Shown here: positions 58,038 through 64,000 of the stretch, piece after piece
Numbering within the stretch: the stretch's first letter is position 1
Layout of the letters: the number at the start of each line of letters is the position of its first letter
Source of the DNA: Planctomycetota bacterium
GTDB lineage: Bacteria > Planctomycetota > B15-G4
NCBI GenBank assembly: GCA_965248575.1
Contig: CBDFJQ010000002.1
Span: 96,001-160,000, forward strand
Direction of reading: 5' to 3'
Length of the DNA stretch: 64,000 bases
The notes under the pieces: generated by a model
The model's database searches: none
Told to the model about the DNA's origin: nothing
Seen by the model: only the letters and a program-made list of their open reading frames with translations
Translations under genes and position numbers: made by a program

Positions 58038-59246
58038 ATGACGCATGACGATCAGGACATGGGCTGCGGTTTGCGGCGCCGGGATCTGCTTCGGGGTGGT
58101 GCCGCGCTGGCCGCGGCTGCCCTCTTGCCCCAATCGGCCTGGGCCTCTGCGATGACGGCCCCGTTCCCCGCGTTGAGCCCGGTGCTGGCTGGTGCGCGCA
58201 AGACGAAGCGCGTGGTGCTCGTGGTGTTCGGCGGTGGTGTTCGCAGCCGGGAGACGATCCTCAGCGACAACGTCCCGAACATGATGCGCTTGGCGGAGGA
58301 AGGTGTCGTGTTCCCGAACACTGTCGTCCGCAACAACGGTCACTATGGTGCGGCGGTTTCCATCCTGAGCGGCAGCTTCGAGGTCTTCGGCATTCGCGAG
58401 AACGCGCGACCGAGCATGCCGACGCTGTTCGAGGTGGTGCGCCGCGAGGCCGGGCTGGCCGCCTCGGATGTCTGGCTCTCCACATCGGGCTCCGACCAGG
58501 AGACGAACTACTCCTACAGCACGGCGTCTGGCTATGGCGCGAAGTACGGTGCCAACCTCATCGGCGGTGAGGGCATCTTCAACGCCGAGTTCAAGGACCT
58601 CGTCATGGGCGATGGGGGCTTGCAACGGCCGAAGGCTGCGGAAGAAGAGGTGTTGGGTCAGCTGCGCGGGGCCGTGCGCACTCCCCTGCCCACCGAAGGC
58701 GGGGGTGGCTTGGGCAACGACGCCGAGGCTACGGCCCGCATCGAGTCGTTCATCCTGGACGAGCTGCGCGGAGGAGCCACCGAGATCACGGGCCTGGGCG
58801 CCAACGATGCGAAGTCCATGCACGTCGCACGCAACCTGCTGAGCATCTTCCGGCCGAAGCTGCTGGGCGTCACGCTGCGCAACCCCGATGTGGCTCACGG
58901 TTCCTTCAACGACTATGTCACCGTGATCCGCCGCAACGACGAAGAGCTGGGCAAGCTCTTCGATGCCGTGCGCGGGGACCCCGAATTGGCAGAGAGCACG
59001 GCGATTTTCGTCCTGCCTGAGTTCGGGCGGGATCGGGACTTCAACGCGCGCCGCGGGCTCGACCACGGCGACAACAGCGACGAACTCAACAAGGTGGGGT
59101 TGGTGGCCTGGGGGCCGGACTTCAAGTCGGGCAAGGTGGATTCACGGGAGATCCGTTCCATCGACGTGACGCCGACCATCGTGTCCATGTTTGGCGCACG
59201 CATGGGTGCCAAGACCGGCTCGGTGATCCCGGGCTTGTTCAGCTGA
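58038..59246 (+). CDS. Tat-exported DUF1501-like / AlkP-fold protein
   Basis: RRRDLLRGG Tat motif; VVLVVFGGG, DVAH, PEFGRD, LDHG, IDVTPTI. Confidence 0.7.
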   Translation: MTHDDQDMGCGLRRRDLLRGGAALAAAALLPQSAWASAMTAPFPALSPVLAGARKTKRVVLVVFGGGVRSRETILSDNVPNMMRLAEEGVVFPNTVVRNNGHYGAAVSILSGSFEVFGIRENARPSMPTLFEVVRREAGLAASDVWLSTSGSDQETNYSYSTASGYGAKYGANLIGGEGIFNAEFKDLVMGDGGLQRPKAAEEEVLGQLRGAVRTPLPTEGGGGLGNDAEATARIESFILDELRGGATEITGLGANDAKSMHVARNLLSIFRPKLLGVTLRNPDVAHGSFNDYVTVIRRNDEELGKLFDAVRGDPELAESTAIFVLPEFGRDRDFNARRGLDHGDNSDELNKVGLVAWGPDFKSGKVDSREIRSIDVTPTIVSMFGARMGAKTGSVIPGLFS

Positions 59247-59247
59247 G

Positions 59248-62200
59248 GTGTCCTCGGGGCGCAGGGTGAGGGTCCAGGCGTGGGCGCTGCTCGTTGCGCT
59301 GAGCTTGTGTTCGCCGGAGTCTCTCGGCCAATCGGCGCCCGTCGAGGGCGCTGAGCCAGGCGGAGCTGCCAGGGAGGGCTGCCTGCAGTGCCACGCAGGC
59401 ATCGAGGAGATGCATCCTTGGGAGCCCCTCACGTGTACCCAGTGCCATGGGGGTGATGCCGTTGCCCTGACGAAGGACGACGCGCACATTGCGCCGCGCA
59501 TCGGTTGGCCGAGCGACGAGCGGGTCATGCACACGGGCTTTGACGCGGCGGCATCGCGCTTCCGAAACCCGAGCGACCTGCGGGTGGTGGAGCAGACGTG
59601 CGGCGAGTGCCATCGGCGCATCACGGAGTGGTTGCCTCGCAGCCTGCACGGCACCACGGCCGGCCATCTGAACGATGGGCTCTACGAGAACGGGGTCAAC
59701 CCGTCGCGCAAGGCTGTGTACGGGATCTTCGGTGTCGAGGCGGAGACGGAGCGCGGCAACAAGCCAGGGCCTCACGAGCTGGATCGTTTGCTGCCCATCG
59801 AACGCCTGCGGATCGACTCTGGCGATGCATCCCTGGCGGGCCACTTTGCGGACCTCCCGCGCAAGGCTTGCATGCAGTGCCACCTCTACTCGGACGGCTT
59901 TGCCGTGGAAGGGCGACTCGGGCAAGACGGCCTCTACCGGGGGAATGGATGCGCTGCCTGTCATGTGCCCTATGCGGAGGACGGTCTGTCGCTCAGCCGC
60001 GATCCCACAGCAGATCGATTCGAGCCTGGGCATCCCCTGCGCCATGCCATGACGGCCACGCCGCCCACGCAGACCTGCGTGAGCTGCCACGTGGGCGACG
60101 CTTCCATCGGGAATGGCTTCAGGGGGCTGGCCCAGCTCTACCCCCAGATGCCCGCCGGCCCCGACATTCCGGGGACCACCAATCGGCTCATCGCGAACCA
60201 GTTCTTCATTTCCGACCCCAAGTTGACGCCGCCCGACCTGCACCACGCGGCGGGCATGGACTGCATCGACTGCCACACCGCGCGGGATGTGATGGGGACC
60301 GGCGCGATTCATGGGGCGATGGAGCACGCGGTGGAGATCGAGTGCACCACCTGCCACGGCACCCCCAGCCGATATGCCGAGCTGAAGACCGAAAGCGGCC
60401 GCGCCCTCGAGAACCTGGACCGCAAGGGCGACCTGTTCATCCTCAAGAGCAAGGTCTCAGGGCGCAGTCGACGCGTGAAGCAGGCCAAGGACGTCGTGGA
60501 CCCCGAGCACCCGGACTACAACCCCCGCGCGGCGAAGGCCATGACGCGCGACCACGGGCGGCTCGAGTGCTACGCATGTCATTCGGGTTGGAACACGAAC
60601 TTCTTCGGTTTCCATTTCGACCGCAATGAGGAGTTCAGCCAGCTGGATCTCATCACCGGCAAGGTTACGGAGGGCGCGGTCTCCACCCAGGAGCGGGTCT
60701 TTGCGACCCTGCGCGAGTTCGTGCTGGGGGTGAACCCGGAGGGCAAGATCGCCCCGTACATGGTGGGCTTCTCGACGATGGGCACGGTTCACGGGGCCGA
60801 TGGCAGCCTGAGTCTGGATCAGGCCTTGCCGCGCACGGCGGAGGGGCTGTCGGGCATGACGATGGTGCACCACCAGACCCACACGACGCAGCCCGTAGCG
60901 CGCAGTTGCGTGGAGTGCCATCGGAGCCCCGCGACCTTCGGCCTGGGCACGGGCAGTGAAGGTGGCGGGAACTACTCCCTGGCGCGAGGCCTGCTCGTGA
61001 CGGCCGGGACCCGCGGTGTGGAGACCCTGTTGCTCGACCGGGAGACCCCCTCGCAAAGCCTGTTTCTCGCGCGTCTCCCCTTGGGCGGCGCGAGCAAGGT
61101 CGTCCTGGACAGCGACCCCGTCGATGGCCACGCAGAGACAGCTTTCGTGGTCATCGATCAGGCGGGAGTCGCCCTGGTGGATGTGCGCAACCCGGCCTTC
61201 CCCGCCGTGCGCGCCTTCATCGCTGCCGGCGATGCACGGGACGTTGCGTTGGAGGGTGGCCTGCTCTTCATCGCGAACGGCGCGGGGGGCTTGCGCCTCG
61301 TGGATGTTTCGGACCGGAGCAGGCCCAGGTTGCTGTCGGACCTGGTGACCGAGGAGGCGCGTGGGCTCTGCGTTCGCTGGCCGCTGGTGTATGTGGCCGA
61401 TGGCCCGGGCGGCCTGGTGATCGCCGACGTCTCCGTGAAGACTCGCCCGCGGGTGGTCGGACAGCTGCGAGTGAACCACCGGGAAGCCGGCCCCGATGAC
61501 TCCAACGCCGTGGCGGCTTTCTTCCAATATGGACGTCCACAGGGTCCCGACGCACGCAGCGCCGCGCGCATGATCGCCGTGGTGGCCAACGGTGGCGCGG
61601 GCGTCGGTGTGTTCGATGTCACGGAGCCCGCGGCGGTCGTCCGGTTGTCCGCGGTGGGCGACAACTATTCGGAGACGCGGCGGGCCTTGGACGTTGTCTC
61701 CACGGGGCGCTTCGAGCTGGGGGACACCACGGGGCTGGTACCAACCAAGGAGCGCGACATTGCCTTCGTTGTCGGCGCGCGGAACGAGGCCCAGGGGGAA
61801 TACCTGGTCTTGGATATCACTCAGCCGGAGCTGCCTGTGGTGGCGGCTCGCAGGAACCACGCTCCGGGCCCTATCCTGGGGGCGACGATCGCCCGTTCCT
61901 TCAACGCTCCCCAGCTTGTCACGCGGCTGATGGTCGGAAGCGTGCAGGGCCTGGCTGGCCTGGATGTGAATGACAGCGAGGAGCCCAACCAGTTGTTCAA
62001 TCTGGTGCCTTTGGCCCCGGTGAGCGATGTGGCGCTGGAAGCCTTCGCCTTCGATCGTATGCAGGACCCCACGGGCCGGCAGCTCAAGGACATCAGCCAT
62101 GAAGGTGCGCACTACCTGCCGGTGGAAGAGGTACACCGAGTCCTCTCGGTCCCAGGGGATGTCTTGGGCACCCTGACCGACGGTGGGCAACGCCGGGAAG

Positions 62201-63012
62201 AGGTGCGTGTGGCCTTCTCGGAAAGGGCCGTGCCCGGTGGCCGCCTGATGAACAGCCTGCCCTTGCGCCTCGTTGACAACGAGGCCTTCGACGAACGCCT
62301 GGACCGGCTGCAGCGGGGATTCCGAATCGCGGGCACCGAATCCTTGGCGCAGATGGTGCGCCACGTACGACCCACGGACTTCGACGCCAACGGCGATGAC
62401 GCCCTCTCACGCGGTGAGTTCGAGAAGCTGTTCTTCAGTTTGTTGGATGCGAACGGCGACGGGACTCTCGACATTCTCGAGTGGCCTCGCCATCCCATGG
62501 CCAGCCCGCCGGAGCTGGATCGGAACAGAGATGGGTTCGTGTCCCGGCGGGAGATGGATCTCGACGAGGACGTGCTGCAGTTCTTCGACGTCGACGGCGA
62601 CGATCTGATGCAGATGGGGGAGTGGCCCTGGGAGACCGTGCCGGAAAGTTCGATCCTGCCGAGCTTCTACTACATGAATGAAGAGCTCCTGCGGGCGATG
62701 CTGTCACGCATGGGCTTCGACGAAGCGCGCCCGTTGCTCTACGACTTCTTGTCCGGGTCCAGTCGTCTGCAGCGCGTGGCTCCCCGAGACATCGTGCCCT
62801 CGCGACTAGAGGGCTTCCTGACCCGTGCCCAGAACCAACCCCTGCAAGATGTGGCCAACCAGGGAGTGCTGGGTGACTTCCTGTCGCGTTGGGACATCGA
62901 CGGAGATGGGGCTGTGGACGCAGAAGAGCATCGGGAATTTGATCGCATCGCCCCGCGCTGCGACCTGGATGGCAATGGTCGCATCGACCTGGCGGATCGC
63001 CCGCATCGCTGA
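59248..63012 (+). CDS. Secreted decaheme cytochrome c with LVIVD beta-propeller and EF-hand-like repeats
   Basis: 10 CxxCH motifs in the N-half, about 6 G[LV].[LV].D[VI]..P LVIVD-type repeats and 6 DxDGD-type loops at the C-terminus. Confidence 0.88.
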   Translation: MSSGRRVRVQAWALLVALSLCSPESLGQSAPVEGAEPGGAAREGCLQCHAGIEEMHPWEPLTCTQCHGGDAVALTKDDAHIAPRIGWPSDERVMHTGFDAAASRFRNPSDLRVVEQTCGECHRRITEWLPRSLHGTTAGHLNDGLYENGVNPSRKAVYGIFGVEAETERGNKPGPHELDRLLPIERLRIDSGDASLAGHFADLPRKACMQCHLYSDGFAVEGRLGQDGLYRGNGCAACHVPYAEDGLSLSRDPTADRFEPGHPLRHAMTATPPTQTCVSCHVGDASIGNGFRGLAQLYPQMPAGPDIPGTTNRLIANQFFISDPKLTPPDLHHAAGMDCIDCHTARDVMGTGAIHGAMEHAVEIECTTCHGTPSRYAELKTESGRALENLDRKGDLFILKSKVSGRSRRVKQAKDVVDPEHPDYNPRAAKAMTRDHGRLECYACHSGWNTNFFGFHFDRNEEFSQLDLITGKVTEGAVSTQERVFATLREFVLGVNPEGKIAPYMVGFSTMGTVHGADGSLSLDQALPRTAEGLSGMTMVHHQTHTTQPVARSCVECHRSPATFGLGTGSEGGGNYSLARGLLVTAGTRGVETLLLDRETPSQSLFLARLPLGGASKVVLDSDPVDGHAETAFVVIDQAGVALVDVRNPAFPAVRAFIAAGDARDVALEGGLLFIANGAGGLRLVDVSDRSRPRLLSDLVTEEARGLCVRWPLVYVADGPGGLVIADVSVKTRPRVVGQLRVNHREAGPDDSNAVAAFFQYGRPQGPDARSAARMIAVVANGGAGVGVFDVTEPAAVVRLSAVGDNYSETRRALDVVSTGRFELGDTTGLVPTKERDIAFVVGARNEAQGEYLVLDITQPELPVVAARRNHAPGPILGATIARSFNAPQLVTRLMVGSVQGLAGLDVNDSEEPNQLFNLVPLAPVSDVALEAFAFDRMQDPTGRQLKDISHEGAHYLPVEEVHRVLSVPGDVLGTLTDGGQRREEVRVAFSERAVPGGRLMNSLPLRLVDNEAFDERLDRLQRGFRIAGTESLAQMVRHVRPTDFDANGDDALSRGEFEKLFFSLLDANGDGTLDILEWPRHPMASPPELDRNRDGFVSRREMDLDEDVLQFFDVDGDDLMQMGEWPWETVPESSILPSFYYMNEELLRAMLSRMGFDEARPLLYDFLSGSSRLQRVAPRDIVPSRLEGFLTRAQNQPLQDVANQGVLGDFLSRWDIDGDGAVDAEEHREFDRIAPRCDLDGNGRIDLADRPHR

Positions 63013-63417
63013 GTGGGCAGGCGATGAATCGGATGTCTTCGCCCCTGCTCATCCGTGCCCTGTCTCACTCCTGCCCTCGCCGCGCGCGGGCCCGGCTCGA
63101 ACCAGTCTCCGAGGCCGGCACCCAGGTGTGCCAGGCACAGCCCTACGGAACGACGGCGAGTCCCGGGCGCCAGGGGCTGGATTGGACGTTTGGAGCCGAA
63201 ATTCGTGCTCTCTGCAGGGCCTGCCGGATGGCGTTGCGCCGTGGTGCCCCATGGAGCCAGGGGGGGCTGAAAAGGTAAGGTGCTCGGCCGTCCCGCGTCC
63301 TCGGGGGCGGCAATTTGCAGGACTCAGGCAGTGCGCCGGGTGCTGCTCAGGTGCACCCAATGGGCCGCTCCTGCCCGTTTTCGCAGCTTGACCTCCCTTC
63401 CCCGCCGTTCACTCGCC

Positions 63418-64000
63418 TTGACCAGCTCAACCACTCCAGCACAGGCGGCCTCCCGCCGTTCTCAGGGCGACGCCGCCCGGGCTCCCAAGCCTGAGTGGCT
63501 AAAGATCCGTCCGCCGGGGGGGCCTGTGTATGCCGATCTGAAGGCCCAGCTCCGAGAGCGTGGCCTGTCGACGGTGTGCGAGGAGGCCCGCTGTCCGAAC
63601 GTGGAGGAGTGCTGGGGCGGGGGCACCGCGACCCTGATGTTGCTGGGGGACACCTGCACCCGCGGCTGTTCCTTCTGCGCCGTGAAGACGAACCGCATCG
63701 GCACACCGCTCGACGCCGACGAGCCTCGCAAGGCTGCCGAGAGCGTGGAGCTCATGAAGCTGGATTACGTGGTGCTGACCTCGGTGGATCGGGATGACCT
63801 GCCGGACGGTGGAGCGGCGCACTTCGCGGCCAGCATCGAGGCGGTGCGTGCCCGCAACCCGGACACCTTGATCGAAGTGTTGATCCCCGACTTCTCGGGG
63901 CAGGAGGCGGCGCTCAAGACCTTGCTGGCATCGAAGCCCGACGTGGTGGCCCAGAATCTCGAGACCGTGGAGCGGTTGACGCATCCCGTGCGCGACCCTC
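63418..64000 (+). CDS. lipA: Lipoyl synthase (3'-truncated by window edge)
   Basis: KPEWLK, CEEARCPNVEEC, CTRGCSFC, TSVDRDDL; TTG start at 63418 or 63388. Not in the supplied ORF track. Confidence 0.95.
   Translation, partial: MTSSTTPAQAASRRSQGDAARAPKPEWLKIRPPGGPVYADLKAQLRERGLSTVCEEARCPNVEECWGGGTATLMLLGDTCTRGCSFCAVKTNRIGTPLDADEPRKAAESVELMKLDYVVLTSVDRDDLPDGGAAHFAASIEAVRARNPDTLIEVLIPDFSGQEAALKTLLASKPDVVAQNLETVERLTHPVRDP

Noticed and set aside
63013..63387. Intergenic region as a riboswitch, ncRNA or small ORF
   Set aside because: No recognisable conserved RNA motif; the short ORFs look non-coding. An Rfam search would be needed.

Overview
GC-rich, gene-dense bacterial chromosomal segment with about 65 CDS. 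I saw no rRNA, tRNA, CRISPR array or mobile element. The lineage is probably Planctomycetota; this is inferred from the long GreA, a DUF1501/DUF1549-like pair and secreted FG-GAP and PQQ-propeller proteins. Housekeeping genes (greA-like, queF, thiO, aqpZ, fabI, sfsA, ygfZ, mutY, deoC, lipA) are mixed with accessory genes. The best candidate for an undescribed system is the minus-strand cluster at 32.2-41.0 kb. It makes PAPS (sat + cysC) but has no recognisable sulfotransferase or reductase. Instead it encodes three alkaline-phosphatase-superfamily proteins (two are translationally coupled paralogues predicted on opposite sides of the membrane), an EMC3/DUF106 (Oxa1-superfamily)-like membrane protein and two small ribbon-helix-helix proteins. 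Five proteins in or near the cluster end in the same acidic-L-x-x-L-G-Y tail (degenerate in CysC). My hypothesis, untested, is a Tyr-tail-based trans-membrane sulfo-transfer relay. Other highlights: a DUF1549-like/DUF1501-like/decaheme-LVIVD-EF-hand operon (56.8-63.0 kb), an MBOAT-SGNH acylation module with a nearby ACP, a C-terminal domain shared by two unrelated secreted proteins, a Cys-Cys repeat lipoprotein and one frameshifted gene. All family assignments come from motif recognition by eye, not database searches.
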